Made by a program: the position numbers and the translations under genes
Notes under the pieces: generated by a model
What the model saw: the letters and a program-made list of their open reading frames with translations, nothing else
Told to the model about the DNA's origin: nothing
Database searches by the model: none
Shown: positions 18,641-29,871 of the stretch, piece by piece
Position numbering within the stretch: the first letter of the stretch is position 1
How the letters are laid out: each line of letters begins with the position of its first letter
Virus record (IMG/VR): IMGVR_UViG_3300037348_000049
Coordinates: 32,001-96,000 of that record
Length of the DNA: 64,000 nt
Source of the DNA: a virus
Strand: one strand, 5' to 3'

Positions 18641-21220
18641 TTAAGCTGTTAAATCGCCATACAGGGTGTATGAACCAGATGCTGTACAGATGAGTGTGAC
18701 CTTAGACCACTGACCCGAAGTCAGACGGTCAGCATTCTTAGAGTTTAGGGTGACACCAATTCCAGGAGCGAAAGTCAGCGCGCCAGTACCGCTCTGTATG
18801 AAGTCAACGGATTGCCCAGGGGATAGCACATTATTTACAGTACCAGTCGCTGCTACAGGAGATAGAATTAGCTTGCCCGAGTCACTAGATATGACGGAAA
18901 AATCACCAGTCTTGCTATTAACGGTTCTTGCGACCTCAAACCCTCCAGTTGCACCTGTTGGTCCGGTTAGGCCAGTTGCACCTGTTGGTCCAGTTGGACC
19001 TGCTACACCTACGCCACCAGTCGAACCAGTTGGACCTAGAGGCCCCTGAAACCCCTGGGGCCCAACAACTGAGCCGACTGAGCTATACTGAGTGCCGTCA
19101 TACACATACAAGAAATCATCAGCATCTACGATGTAAGCATCTGAGGTTGTGGCACCTTCGGGCAGATCTGCTACTGTAGCGACCGAACCTAATAAGTTTA
19201 TTGAAGTGCCTTGAGGCCCTGTTGGTCCAGTCGGGCCTGTTGGCCCCAAGGAGCCTGTAGGTCCAGTTGCACCAATTAATCTTCCAACATTATTCCACTG
19301 AAACGAATCCCAAGAGTATGCAGAGTTTTCTGTAGTTACGTTAAACGTATCGTTAACAACGTTACCAGATAGAGGTAGATCAGCTAAGACACCTACACTA
19401 CCTTTAATAAACAACGTGGCGCTTTGAGCACCAGTTGCACCTGTTGGGCCAAAAACCCCTTGTGGTCCTTCGGGTCCAGTAGGACCAGTTGGTCCCTCAA
19501 CTGTTGAGTCCGCGCCCTGTGGACCAGTTGGACCTACAGGTCCACCAGATGGTCCTGTTGGTCCCGTTGGCCCCTGTGCTCCTGCTGCGTTTTGAGCTGA
19601 TTCCACCCAGTAATTATCGAAGTATACGTAGAAACGCCCGCTGGTCCCGTCAAACCAAACATCACCCTCACTTGGGTTTAGTGGAGCTGAGTCTGAGGTT
19701 AAGAATGTGCCGTCAGGTCCAGTCGGACCAGTCGGACCAGTCGGACCAGTTACACCCTGAATTCCCTGTGGGCCAGTTGGGCCTGTAAGTCCTCGAGGCC
19801 CTATGGAACCGGTTGCACCAACAGCACCAGTTGCACCGGTTAGGCCAATTGCACCTGTTGGACCAACCACTGCCCCGGCATTGAACCAGTTGTTGCCACT
19901 CCAGATATACGATTCTTTGCTAGATTGAATAAAGTAGGTATCACGAAGAACGTTCCCAGATGTTGGCAAGTCCTCTGGAGTCTGTAGGCTGCCTTTGACG
20001 TTGATGTTTGTGCCCTGAGGCCCTGTTGCTCCTAGCAACCCGGTAGGTCCAGTAGGACCAGTTGGTCCAGCAGTATTTGGTAGTAGCTCTACCCAGAAAA
20101 GATCATAATATATGTACGCTTTACCGCTTAAGGTGTTGTACCATACGTCGCCGGCGGTTGGATTTTCTGGAGCGGAGTCCCCTGGCCCAAATGCCCCCTG
20201 TGGGCCTGCACTACCTGTTGGACCTGTTGCACCCAAGATTCCAGAAGCTATCACCCACTCTGTACCATCCCAGAAAAATATGGTTGCACCACTCTGCTGA
20301 GTAGGCCCAATGTATGCATCTAGTACGTTAACTCCCGCGGCTGGGAGTGATAAGAACCCTGGGACTGTTCCCAAAATGTTAAATACAACTGCGGGAGATC
20401 CTTCTGGGCCTTGTGCCCCTGTCGGACCTACAGTTCCTTGGGGTCCCGTTATAGGTCCAATATTTACCCATGAAGAAGAATCCCAAAAGAAGATATCCCC
20501 AGTGTCTAATGCAACGTATGCATCGCCAACATTTGCACTTGAAGGAGGTAAGTTTAAAAAGCTTGCTACGCTGCCTCGCAGATCTACTGGCAATCCTTGA
20601 GCACCTGTTGGTCCAGTTGACCCGATTATGCCTTGAGGTCCAGCTGGGCCCGTCGGACCAGTCAAGCCTTGATCACCCTGCGGTCCGAGTAATTCTGCTA
20701 CTGATCCTGCCTGCTCCCACCCGGTGTCGGTTAGTATTTCTAGTTTTTGATAGTCCGTATTAAACCTGACGTATCCAACCTCTACGTTAGTCGGGCGTTG
20801 AGCGACGGTGCCTCTGGCAAAGTAAATAGTGTTTGTATCACCACTAATTATTTTATTTTTAAAGGTTTGCTGTATGTTCTGAGGTAAAACTGCATCATTT
20901 TGTGGTATTCCATTACAGGAAAATGAAATATTAGGACTAGTAGAAGAAACGTATAGCGTGTCTCCCGGATTTACGGCAAACCTAAAAGTTTCAAACGATT
21001 GACCTACTGATATCACAAGATTTTTTGCTATGTACACAGCATCGGCCTCTGTGGTGTAATTCACCGGCCTAATGTACACGTCGACTTTTGCAGAGCTAGT
21101 TGCAGACACGTTTAGGTTTGATACGATTACAGCAACTAAGTGCTCTCCCGTAAACGAAGCTAGCGGGTACGCTGAATCTGCTGCGCTAGCATTTACTGAA
21201 CCTAATCTAATGATTGGCAT
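18641..21220 (-). CDS. Collagen-like tail fibre protein
   Basis: N-terminus paralogous to 10503-12320 ([11 protein letters not shown]); GPT tracts; C-terminal F.QSGTG.LTF..G.GVTLN...L..GQWS.VTL domain. Confidence 0.9.
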   Translation of the reverse strand: MPIIRLGSVNASAADSAYPLASFTGEHLVAVIVSNLNVSATSSAKVDVYIRPVNYTTEADAVYIAKNLVISVGQSFETFRFAVNPGDTLYVSSTSPNISFSCNGIPQNDAVLPQNIQQTFKNKIISGDTNTIYFARGTVAQRPTNVEVGYVRFNTDYQKLEILTDTGWEQAGSVAELLGPQGDQGLTGPTGPAGPQGIIGSTGPTGAQGLPVDLRGSVASFLNLPPSSANVGDAYVALDTGDIFFWDSSSWVNIGPITGPQGTVGPTGAQGPEGSPAVVFNILGTVPGFLSLPAAGVNVLDAYIGPTQQSGATIFFWDGTEWVIASGILGATGPTGSAGPQGAFGPGDSAPENPTAGDVWYNTLSGKAYIYYDLFWVELLPNTAGPTGPTGPTGLLGATGPQGTNINVKGSLQTPEDLPTSGNVLRDTYFIQSSKESYIWSGNNWFNAGAVVGPTGAIGLTGATGAVGATGSIGPRGLTGPTGPQGIQGVTGPTGPTGPTGPDGTFLTSDSAPLNPSEGDVWFDGTSGRFYVYFDNYWVESAQNAAGAQGPTGPTGPSGGPVGPTGPQGADSTVEGPTGPTGPEGPQGVFGPTGATGAQSATLFIKGSVGVLADLPLSGNVVNDTFNVTTENSAYSWDSFQWNNVGRLIGATGPTGSLGPTGPTGPTGPQGTSINLLGSVATVADLPEGATTSDAYIVDADDFLYVYDGTQYSSVGSVVGPQGFQGPLGPTGSTGGVGVAGPTGPTGATGLTGPTGATGGFEVARTVNSKTGDFSVISSDSGKLILSPVAATGTVNNVLSPGQSVDFIQSGTGALTFAPGIGVTLNSKNADRLTSGQWSKVTLICTASGSYTLYGDLTA

Positions 21221-21232
21221 TTTACTTCTTCC

Positions 21233-24200
21233 TTACGCCTGAGCCTCAGTCCAGGTCAGTTTAGCACCTGTAGTAGTGTCAGCAGCGGTCAAACGAGAAA
21301 CTGCAATGGTCAAAATATCTGGACCGTCAGGGAAGGTGGAGTCTCCGCCCAAAATTGAGTTTGATAGCTCGAATAGATCATTAACATCTACCGTTGTTGA
21401 CTCTTCCTGACCACCCTGCCCACCAGCTGCACGGAAGTTGTAGACCTGAACTCCACCAGAAATGGTGTCTGCAGGAGTGTGCTCAACAATTTGAACCAAA
21501 GACGGAGCATTTACTGATTGGAAGTTCAAGTTGTTCAACCTACCGTTCAATAGAAGCTTCACGTCAATGAGTCTGGTCGATGAGATACCAACTTCTTGTA
21601 GACGTAGCTGCATGCGGTTGATAATGTCTCGGTCACCGAGCTTACCCGTCAAACCTTCAGACACCGATGGGCTCAATCGGATTGAGATAAGTGGCTGGTA
21701 GTTTGGACCAGAAGTGTTGTTTAGCGAACCATTTGGGTATAAGAAATAAGTGTACTGAGAGTTACCTTGGGAAGTAAAGTCTACTCCCTGATAAATTTTA
21801 GCAGCCGAATCAGCACCAACTGCTACAGTAGCAGTCTCAGTAGTAGGTACGTCATATGTGAAAGTCGTAGCATTTGATGATGCTTTCACTTTATACACTC
21901 CGTTTGGAACTCGGGTAGACCCTACAATTTTTACCGCCATTTGATCAGTCAACAAGTGAGCCACTGACGTGACAACAGTGACGGTCACACCTGCCTGCTG
22001 AGTTGTTGATATAGCGTTACCAAAAACATTGTCTGGAACCAGCATGACTGTGTTGTCGTCAATAATCAAAGAATCATACACCCTGGAATTCTGTAGATTA
22101 TCAAATGCATTGGCATTCTCCACATTTGTAGTTCCTGGCATCTGAACATTTAATCCAGGGAGTCCGTCAGTTGCAACACCCTCGAATTGTAGCTGGTCAC
22201 CATTTCTGAATCCGTGGTTAGCTATGGTGATAGTATTTTCAGCTGCGTCTATGCCCTGAGAGCTAAAGGACTTTGCTGTAGTCCCAAGAACTGGCAGTGA
22301 CTGGCTCGATGCGGTAAATAGATATGCACGATCGTCATCAAACTTACCATCCATGATTACTGAAGTACCCCAGTGGAATAGTGATGGAATGTAAGTTGGA
22401 TCGTTGTATGTAATTACCTCATAGCGGGCTGGCATGTTTCCAGAACGGAAGTACGACTCATAAAGTTGGTTGTTGTGAACAAACTCATGGATGTATTCAA
22501 CTTGACCACCAGTAGTTTTGAATCCGAAACGGATCTTACCAGCACCATACCATGAGTAATCTATGTAGACCATCTGAATTCTCGATACGTCTAGGTTGTA
22601 TCCAGTTTTTCCCGTACCATCACAGGGGTCAATTGACCAATCTGTCTGAGGTACTCTAACGTCCACAGTCTTTGTAACGATAATGCCTGATTTTGCAGGC
22701 GTTAGTGCGTGAATAGCTGTGGTCCCTACTGAGGAAAGGTCTACGTTTGACTCTGCGTCAGGCGCGGCTTTCAGCTTAAAGGAGTTGTTGTCGATTAAGT
22801 CAACGTAATAAGTATTACCGTTGATTAGGCCACCAATTTGCTCTCCGTCAATTGAGTCGTAGATTACTGGTATGCCTTGAGAGAATCCATGCCCAACTAG
22901 TTGGAACGTGTCTGAAGCCAATCTTACTGCTCCTGCAGTTCCATTACCTGGGTCAAACTCCTTCTGAACTCCAGAGGCACCCTTGTATTCGGGCCTAATA
23001 GTCAAGCGTGTGTCGCTCTCAATGTCGGCGACACGATAAGTTTGGCCACGCAATACAATGTAATCTCCCACTACTAGTTGTGCAGTGAATGCAGTATTCG
23101 TGCCGAAGACAAGCTCAGAGCCTTGTAGGCAAGATACGCTACCGGCCAACTGCTGAGTAGAGGACCTCCGTACAGCATACATTTGCTGACCGTCAAATTC
23201 ATAGAACATTCCGTTTTGGAAGTCAAACATCCCTGATCGAATTGCGCCGTTAGTCCACTCTCTTACGTTAAACTGAGGGAATCCGTAAGCTCGAGACTCC
23301 ACGCCTGCTGGTACTTCACCAACGGCATTAATACGGAAAGTTGTCAGATCATCAACTGTTACTTGAAACTCTCCATTATATAGAGCGCTTAGGTTGCCAT
23401 CAGAGGACTCTGACTGATCTACAACAATAAAAAGACCTGATATCAACCCGTGAGGGCGGCGAGTCTTGCATATAATTTGAGTAGTAGAGAATCTATTCAT
23501 TGATTCTAGATCAATAGAAGGCTTAAAGTTTAGACCAGCGGAAGTCTGGATTCCCTTACCTGACTGATAACGGAAGTACTTACGAGTCTGACGGACAATC
23601 TGACCCAACGAGGTTCCAGCACCGACCGACATCTCAACACCACCATCAAATGGGCGGTGTAGCGCATACCCCTGAGGGCGTACATATAGAAATGTTGGGT
23701 AAGTATAGCTAGCCTCGGAGAACTCGTTAGCGTATGGACGATCTACTGTAATCTGAGTGTCAGAGCCAATGGCGGTAATCTTTCGGATAATTGCGCCAAT
23801 TGGTGCTGTAAAGGTTAGGTGGAAATCTGTTCCAGATCCAACAGAGCTTATATTTACGGTGTTCAGGTTGTTGTCTGCATCGTTTTTCGTGTTATGAAGC
23901 GTTATCTGTGTGGCAGATATTGCACGAACAAAGTAGTAGTATCCATCAACCAAAGGAGCTGGAGGCTGTCCTCCTACCGCCTCAAACTTAACGGTCTCGC
24001 CAGTCGTAAACGTGTTATCTTTTGTAATGATGTCCGTAACTTCACTCACGTCTGCACTACTAAAAACAATCTGCTTAATTATGTTCGGAGGGAATAACCG
24101 GAATCGGTCTCCCACTTTAAGGATCTTGGAGAAAGATGTACCAACCCCAGTAACTAGCACAGAACCAGCGTTCACTGAGGCTGATCCACCACCAGTTATG

Positions 24201-27067
24201 TTTCCATTAATCTGCGTAGTGGCTAACTGGTGCGCAATTCCGGTGCTAAAACTAGTTAATGGAATAGTTATACCAGCGGCTGCATTTTCTGCCGAACTTG
24301 AGAGTTTTATGTAATCCTTATTAATAGATACTACGTAGTAACTTACGCCATCAACCATACCGCCGATGTCTGTGGCAGAATCTCCCTGGGTATATATGAC
24401 TTCAGTGCCAGTAATGAATCCGTGTGACTCTAAGAAAATTTCATCTAGATTCAGATCCAGTGATGAGCGAGGGTTGAATACTTTCTCAATTCTAGGAACT
24501 GTTCCACTTGCTAGTACAGTAAACTTCTTCTTGTTGCCGTCTACCTCAGAGTCCTTGATCTCATAAATGCCGTCAGGAGTCTTGCTCAATGAGCGCAGTG
24601 AGTGGGTGCCTACTGCTGCAGGGGTGTCTGTAAGATCTACCGCGGTTCCTTCGACTGCATCTGCAGGTGTTACAGCAAGCTTGATGTTATCGCCATTAAC
24701 AAATATCACGTAGTAAGGAGTAGCTGTAGTCAGCCCATCTACTACTTGCTGTCCTTTAGAATCGTACTCCACTAGCTCTCCGGCAAGGAATCCATGGCCC
24801 GGTAGCGTGATGGTGTCTAATTCAAAGTTAAGAGAGGTAATTGTTAGCGAGTGCACGCCAGTAGATGTTGCAGTCAAGTTTATTACCGTACTAATTTCAA
24901 GATTTTGATTCTGTGTCAGCTTAATTAAGCTGGAATCTACCTTTATTATGTAGTATGTTTCGCCATCTACAAGTCCACCAATCACTGGATTTGCTCCAGG
25001 GGAATAGACAACACTTTGTCCAGACACAAGTCCGTGGTTAGGAATGTACAAAGTATCTTCTGGAAGGTTTACAGTCAAGAATATGAATGAGTGACCTGTC
25101 CCTGTTCCTGCGCTAACAAAATTGATGTTGGTTGGTGCATCTAAGGATGCCTTTAGCTTAATCTGGTCAATACTGACCACCTCTGCAACATAGTACGTAC
25201 TGGCTTCTTGCAGTGGGATAATAGGAGTCCCCCCGTTTGTGCTATATGTAAGAGGCTGATCTACCAAGAATCCGTGGCTAGGAATTGTTAGGGTTTCGGT
25301 AATAGTGTTAACTACCACCCTACTCAGAGTGTCACTACCTAAAGTTGTGTAACTAGATGGAATCGTAAAATCTAGTAATGAATAATTTGGTGCAGGTGTT
25401 GTACTCAATTGGAAAGAGTAAGCGTTAACTGTTTTTACGTAATATATGGTATCGTCGTTAATGCCCTCTGGTGATGTGCCCTGAAACCCATAAATAATAG
25501 CCTCGCCGTCACTTAAAGTGTGTGGTGTAGAGCTGTGTATGACGTCAGCTTCTATATCTAACGAAATTGGTACAACTGAGTGGTATGAGGTTCCTCGAGG
25601 GGCTATTTCAATAATATTAGTATTATTTGCAGCGTCTGTTGCAGTAGGGTGGACTGTGTTACCGGTAGTAAATGAAGTTTCTAGTGTTACTGAAACCTGC
25701 CCATCTGCTGTTGACTTGTACGAACTCAAATTTGTTATTGGCACACCGTTAAATGTGTTTTGGGTGTCATAAGTACCGTTAGATGTACCAACAAGAGTTG
25801 CAGTCGGGGTAATGAATATACCGCCACCACCACCAGTAGAGTTTGCTGCAGTGTTCCTTGAACCAGCTCCACCGGAGTATCCTCCAGCCCCGCCTGATTG
25901 CCCACGGAAAACACCATCAGCCTGAGCACCTCCGCCAAACCCGCCGTACCCGCCGCTTCGCGCGTTTGTGTCCATGGTCAATCCGCTGTTGAAGCCGCCT
26001 CCACCGTTGGCGATAACTTGACCATTATTGAATGATGCAGTTCCTCCATTAGTCAAGAAGCCACCGCCACCACCGGAGTAGCCACCACCGGACAGTCCGC
26101 CCTGCCCAGGATTTGTTCCAGCACTACCATTAGTAGAGGAAGACCCTCCAATTCTTCCCATCGAAGCATCAGCTCCATTAGTCGTATTTGAATCAGCCGA
26201 ACCGCCGCCTGCGACGAATAGTGGCTCGTTACCAGCTTTACGGACCACAAAGGTTCCGCCTCCTGAGCCTCCGTATAGATCTGCTGATGTAGGACCGCTA
26301 CCTGTTTGGCCTACAGCAATAGTTATTACCTCACCTTTAGTTAGGGCTACCCTGCCCGTAACAACTGCTCCTCGACCGGCTGTTCCTGAACCCGAGCCGT
26401 TGTATCCGGGGGCACCGGAGAGATTGAAGGTATAATTACCTGATACCGGTACAGTCCAGTCCTGGTAGCCCTGGAAAGCGCCTTGGCTCAAGTACAAATC
26501 ATCCCAAGGGGTGTTGTACGCTGTGCGCATTTGCTGCTGGTCCGGCCCAGTCCTACCTGTCACTCCACAGCTAGTAAAAGTGTGATTTGTGAAACTGTAC
26601 AAAGATTGAGACCCAGAAAATTCTGAGATGGATACGTTTCTTAGGAAGTACGTTTCCCCGCTAGTCATTCCATCTATGGGGTCACCGTTTGTAATGTACT
26701 TTACTGCTTGATTGTCTGGAGTAGATCCATCAATGTTCAACTTATTAGCGTAAACAACTGGGGAGTTAAACGTCACTCCTCCAGGGGTGCTGTCAGTTAT
26801 TGGTATGGGAGCCCCTCCAGCAGTTGCGCTAAAAGTAAGTTTCTTTGGTTGTTCAGTTGTTACGTAGAACAAATCGCCATCAGTAACTCCTAAGATCGAA
26901 CCAACAGCAGAGTTGTATATAAAGGTTGTACCAACCGTGAAGGTGTCGGGTATTTGATTCTCTGGGTCTTGGTTCTTGAAGTATATGTAGTCATCGTCAA
27001 AGTTAACGTTAGTCTTGGAAAAGGAGTGTTCGCCTGCAAGACCAATAGTTGTGATGTCAACTGCCAT
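21233..27067 (-). CDS. 1944-aa virion structural protein with Gly-rich domain and HG(F/L)xxGxxxxY beta repeats
   Basis: GYQDWTVP..G.Y...GA.G plus GGGGG tracts; several HG-F/L-xx-G repeats; C-terminal QMVYIDYSWYGAGKIRFG. Confidence 0.8.
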   Translation of the reverse strand: MAVDITTIGLAGEHSFSKTNVNFDDDYIYFKNQDPENQIPDTFTVGTTFIYNSAVGSILGVTDGDLFYVTTEQPKKLTFSATAGGAPIPITDSTPGGVTFNSPVVYANKLNIDGSTPDNQAVKYITNGDPIDGMTSGETYFLRNVSISEFSGSQSLYSFTNHTFTSCGVTGRTGPDQQQMRTAYNTPWDDLYLSQGAFQGYQDWTVPVSGNYTFNLSGAPGYNGSGSGTAGRGAVVTGRVALTKGEVITIAVGQTGSGPTSADLYGGSGGGTFVVRKAGNEPLFVAGGGSADSNTTNGADASMGRIGGSSSTNGSAGTNPGQGGLSGGGYSGGGGGFLTNGGTASFNNGQVIANGGGGFNSGLTMDTNARSGGYGGFGGGAQADGVFRGQSGGAGGYSGGAGSRNTAANSTGGGGGIFITPTATLVGTSNGTYDTQNTFNGVPITNLSSYKSTADGQVSVTLETSFTTGNTVHPTATDAANNTNIIEIAPRGTSYHSVVPISLDIEADVIHSSTPHTLSDGEAIIYGFQGTSPEGINDDTIYYVKTVNAYSFQLSTTPAPNYSLLDFTIPSSYTTLGSDTLSRVVVNTITETLTIPSHGFLVDQPLTYSTNGGTPIIPLQEASTYYVAEVVSIDQIKLKASLDAPTNINFVSAGTGTGHSFIFLTVNLPEDTLYIPNHGLVSGQSVVYSPGANPVIGGLVDGETYYIIKVDSSLIKLTQNQNLEISTVINLTATSTGVHSLTITSLNFELDTITLPGHGFLAGELVEYDSKGQQVVDGLTTATPYYVIFVNGDNIKLAVTPADAVEGTAVDLTDTPAAVGTHSLRSLSKTPDGIYEIKDSEVDGNKKKFTVLASGTVPRIEKVFNPRSSLDLNLDEIFLESHGFITGTEVIYTQGDSATDIGGMVDGVSYYVVSINKDYIKLSSSAENAAAGITIPLTSFSTGIAHQLATTQINGNITGGGSASVNAGSVLVTGVGTSFSKILKVGDRFRLFPPNIIKQIVFSSADVSEVTDIITKDNTFTTGETVKFEAVGGQPPAPLVDGYYYFVRAISATQITLHNTKNDADNNLNTVNISSVGSGTDFHLTFTAPIGAIIRKITAIGSDTQITVDRPYANEFSEASYTYPTFLYVRPQGYALHRPFDGGVEMSVGAGTSLGQIVRQTRKYFRYQSGKGIQTSAGLNFKPSIDLESMNRFSTTQIICKTRRPHGLISGLFIVVDQSESSDGNLSALYNGEFQVTVDDLTTFRINAVGEVPAGVESRAYGFPQFNVREWTNGAIRSGMFDFQNGMFYEFDGQQMYAVRRSSTQQLAGSVSCLQGSELVFGTNTAFTAQLVVGDYIVLRGQTYRVADIESDTRLTIRPEYKGASGVQKEFDPGNGTAGAVRLASDTFQLVGHGFSQGIPVIYDSIDGEQIGGLINGNTYYVDLIDNNSFKLKAAPDAESNVDLSSVGTTAIHALTPAKSGIIVTKTVDVRVPQTDWSIDPCDGTGKTGYNLDVSRIQMVYIDYSWYGAGKIRFGFKTTGGQVEYIHEFVHNNQLYESYFRSGNMPARYEVITYNDPTYIPSLFHWGTSVIMDGKFDDDRAYLFTASSQSLPVLGTTAKSFSSQGIDAAENTITIANHGFRNGDQLQFEGVATDGLPGLNVQMPGTTNVENANAFDNLQNSRVYDSLIIDDNTVMLVPDNVFGNAISTTQQAGVTVTVVTSVAHLLTDQMAVKIVGSTRVPNGVYKVKASSNATTFTYDVPTTETATVAVGADSAAKIYQGVDFTSQGNSQYTYFLYPNGSLNNTSGPNYQPLISIRLSPSVSEGLTGKLGDRDIINRMQLRLQEVGISSTRLIDVKLLLNGRLNNLNFQSVNAPSLVQIVEHTPADTISGGVQVYNFRAAGGQGGQEESTTVDVNDLFELSNSILGGDSTFPDGPDILTIAVSRLTAADTTTGAKLTWTEAQA

Positions 27068-27092
27068 TTTTTATCCTTCTAGTTGCGTTGTG

Positions 27093-29825
27093 TTAAAGTC
27101 TTGTGATGTTTACTCGACCATTGCCATAAGAGGCTTGGTTTGAGTTAGATTGGTTGTTACCACCATTGTATGAGCCGCCGCCGCCTGCTGAGGAAGACCA
27201 GTATGATCCACTACCACCGGAGTACCCGCCGCCGCCGCCAGCGCCATAGTAGGTGCTGTAATAGCCTGCGCCTCCTCCAAAGCCTCCTCCGTTGTTCCCT
27301 CCAGTACCATTTGAGTTAGCAAACGCATAACCTTGACTAGGAGAACCGCCACCATCGCCATAGAATCCGCCGCCACCGCATCGTCCCCAAGTGCCACCGC
27401 CACCATTACCATTGCTACCGCCACCAAAGTTATAACCTTGGCCATTCGTGCCGGTAGTAGCATGTCGTTGGTTATAGTTGCTTGGAGCACCACCACCACC
27501 ACCACCTGAAACGATCATAGGGCTAGTGTTGGATGTTGCAACGAAAGTCCCACCACCACCAGCAGTCGAGGCATATTGGCTTTGACCAACTTGACCACAG
27601 ACAATTTGGATTACGTCACCCTGAGTTAGATTGAAGTCACCGCGCATCCGAGTTCCTGCGCCGCCTTGTGAGCCCCAACCGTATGCATAACCTCCCACAG
27701 CACCATACGTCTCTATTCTGTATGTAGCGTTTTGAGGAACTGTCCATCGCTGATATCCAGCTTTAGTCATGTTCAAGAACGAATTAGCCCATGAAGGATT
27801 TCCTACACCGCTGCGAGCTTGGGCGATGCTTGGACCGTTGGTATCACTCCTGCCGCCGTTGTTGAAAGTTGCAGAGTTGAAGGAATAAAGGAATGGTGGC
27901 TGATTGAACTGATACAAGTGGGTCTGAAATCCAGTATTTCCTTGTGAGTCTGTAATAGTAATGACAACTTCTCTACCAGGCTCTGGGATAATTTCCTGAG
28001 AAGTTCCAGACACCACTCCAGTTGAAGTATTTAGGGTTAAGCCAGTAGGAAGAGATCCAGAAGTAACCGCGAAAGTGTAAGGTGCGGTGAAGCCAATTAC
28101 CGTCATCTCGGTAGGCGTAATTGGGTTAGTCTGAGCATCAGTTCCTGTGCGGTTTATGTTGCGCGGCACTAATTCGCCGATGCTAGAAAGGACGTCAAAG
28201 TTATGCTGATCGTATCTAGTATCTACGAAATAAAAATTAACTTCATCTAGGGCAGCGTCAGCAACATCAAACCTACCGGAGACTGGAAAAGAGTAGCGAA
28301 TCATATCGCCCTCTTCGTAGCCGTGATCCTTTATGTGGAAAATGTTTTTATCTACCGATATTCCTGCTTCGGTGAATTTTTCAATTCCGCTCCCGCCGCT
28401 AATCGTGGGAACTGGGTCGGAAGTTGGTAAGCTTCGTATAGTAAAACTGTAACGATTGGTGCTACCCTGCTGGAAGAAGCTGTCGATAAAGTAAGTAGTG
28501 TTCGCTGTCAAGCCGCTTGCGGCAACACCTGCCTGAGTAACAGTCGTGCCATCCTCCGCAAGTTCATCCTCAACCGTATAAAGCACCATGGTGCCCGAAT
28601 ACCATTGCCTATCGACATCCATAGGAGCGCCACCCTCGATGTCAACCGTAATGAGCGATCCGCTGTATGAAGACTGGATCCCAACATAACCATTTTCGTT
28701 AGCACCATCAAACACTTTGGGGGTGTCTTTCAAGATCGAGACAGTAGTTTCGGTTTCCAAGTTAATGTTATTTCCAGCAAATGTACGAGCTTGATTTGCA
28801 AGCTGGAATGTACCGCTAATTGTTGCTGGTAACTCAATAATGTCCCCGTTAGGCTTATCGCTAACGGTAAATGTGGTAGAACTCGTTGTTGAATCATCCG
28901 ATATGACTGATATAAAGACGACTCCACGGGGCCTGGTTGCAAAGAACCCACTTCCTGTAGTTATGCTGTAATAAAGTGGATCGCCTTTTTTAGAGAGTGA
29001 AAAGTTTTCAGTAGTGTGCGTCACTACGATTTGATTAGTGTCTGTTAATGTTTCTACCACAGTACTGATTGTGCCACCTACAACAGAGCTGTTGCTGTAG
29101 TCAATGTTAATAGTTGATAGGGTGTTTGATCCATCAAATGTCTGCGCTGTGGCAGAGTTTGAAGAATCAAAAGATCTAGAGGATGTGTTAGACGAATCAA
29201 ATTGCTGACTAATTGTAGAGTTTATGTTTAGAAAATAGAACGGTGTCTTTCTTCCAAATCCATGCGTAGAGTCAGTTGTCACAGTTAGGGTAGAAATTGG
29301 CTCAAAGTCAGTAACTAAACCAGCGGAATCGGATATTCTAATCTGAGAACCCTGGAAAAATTCACCTGTAACTATCGAGGAGTAAAGATCCTCGATGGAC
29401 AGTGTCTCTGCCTGGTCGTCTTTGCAGAGGTAAGTAAAAGTACTGGTATCTGGTATCGAGTTAATGATGTAAGCACCATCAGCAGTAATAGACTTGGTAC
29501 CCTGAACGTTAATGGGAATACCTGCGGCAAGTCCGTGATCAAGCTTTGTTTTTACTGTGATCTCTCGAGTACCAGCATTGGTAGTGATTGAGTTGATGCC
29601 ATCAATGGTAGTGTCGCCAGACTTAGAGAAGAATGACGGAGTATTGTTAATTAGCTCAACGGTCTCCCACTTGGTTGGCTGTAGTCCGTACTCAAAGTCG
29701 GTGTCAATCATTGTCTCAGGTTGAGACACACGTAGTTTTGTTACTGGGTCAATAAGTTCTTTTGGAAAACTGATTTCCCCGCCAGCGCCGCCGCCGCTAG
29801 TACTTCCACCAAGATATCCAGGCAT
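27093..29825 (-). CDS. 910-aa virion structural protein with putative Ig (He_PIG-like) and Gly-rich domains
   Basis: KLRVSQP N-terminus; FAVTSGSLPTGLTLNTSTGVVSGT; GYQRWTVP...GA.GG Gly-rich domain like that of 21233-27067. Confidence 0.8.
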   Translation of the reverse strand: MPGYLGGSTSGGGAGGEISFPKELIDPVTKLRVSQPETMIDTDFEYGLQPTKWETVELINNTPSFFSKSGDTTIDGINSITTNAGTREITVKTKLDHGLAAGIPINVQGTKSITADGAYIINSIPDTSTFTYLCKDDQAETLSIEDLYSSIVTGEFFQGSQIRISDSAGLVTDFEPISTLTVTTDSTHGFGRKTPFYFLNINSTISQQFDSSNTSSRSFDSSNSATAQTFDGSNTLSTINIDYSNSSVVGGTISTVVETLTDTNQIVVTHTTENFSLSKKGDPLYYSITTGSGFFATRPRGVVFISVISDDSTTSSTTFTVSDKPNGDIIELPATISGTFQLANQARTFAGNNINLETETTVSILKDTPKVFDGANENGYVGIQSSYSGSLITVDIEGGAPMDVDRQWYSGTMVLYTVEDELAEDGTTVTQAGVAASGLTANTTYFIDSFFQQGSTNRYSFTIRSLPTSDPVPTISGGSGIEKFTEAGISVDKNIFHIKDHGYEEGDMIRYSFPVSGRFDVADAALDEVNFYFVDTRYDQHNFDVLSSIGELVPRNINRTGTDAQTNPITPTEMTVIGFTAPYTFAVTSGSLPTGLTLNTSTGVVSGTSQEIIPEPGREVVITITDSQGNTGFQTHLYQFNQPPFLYSFNSATFNNGGRSDTNGPSIAQARSGVGNPSWANSFLNMTKAGYQRWTVPQNATYRIETYGAVGGYAYGWGSQGGAGTRMRGDFNLTQGDVIQIVCGQVGQSQYASTAGGGGTFVATSNTSPMIVSGGGGGGAPSNYNQRHATTGTNGQGYNFGGGSNGNGGGGTWGRCGGGGFYGDGGGSPSQGYAFANSNGTGGNNGGGFGGGAGYYSTYYGAGGGGGYSGGSGSYWSSSAGGGGSYNGGNNQSNSNQASYGNGRVNITRL

Positions 29826-29871
29826 TTAAAAACGTCCTTTTCCTACAATTGCTACGAGAGGTCTGATTAAA

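Noticed and set aside
21233-29825. PE-PGRS or eukaryotic origin for the Gly-rich tracts
   Set aside because: No PE domain or GGAGGX periodicity; context and flanking domains are phage virion-type
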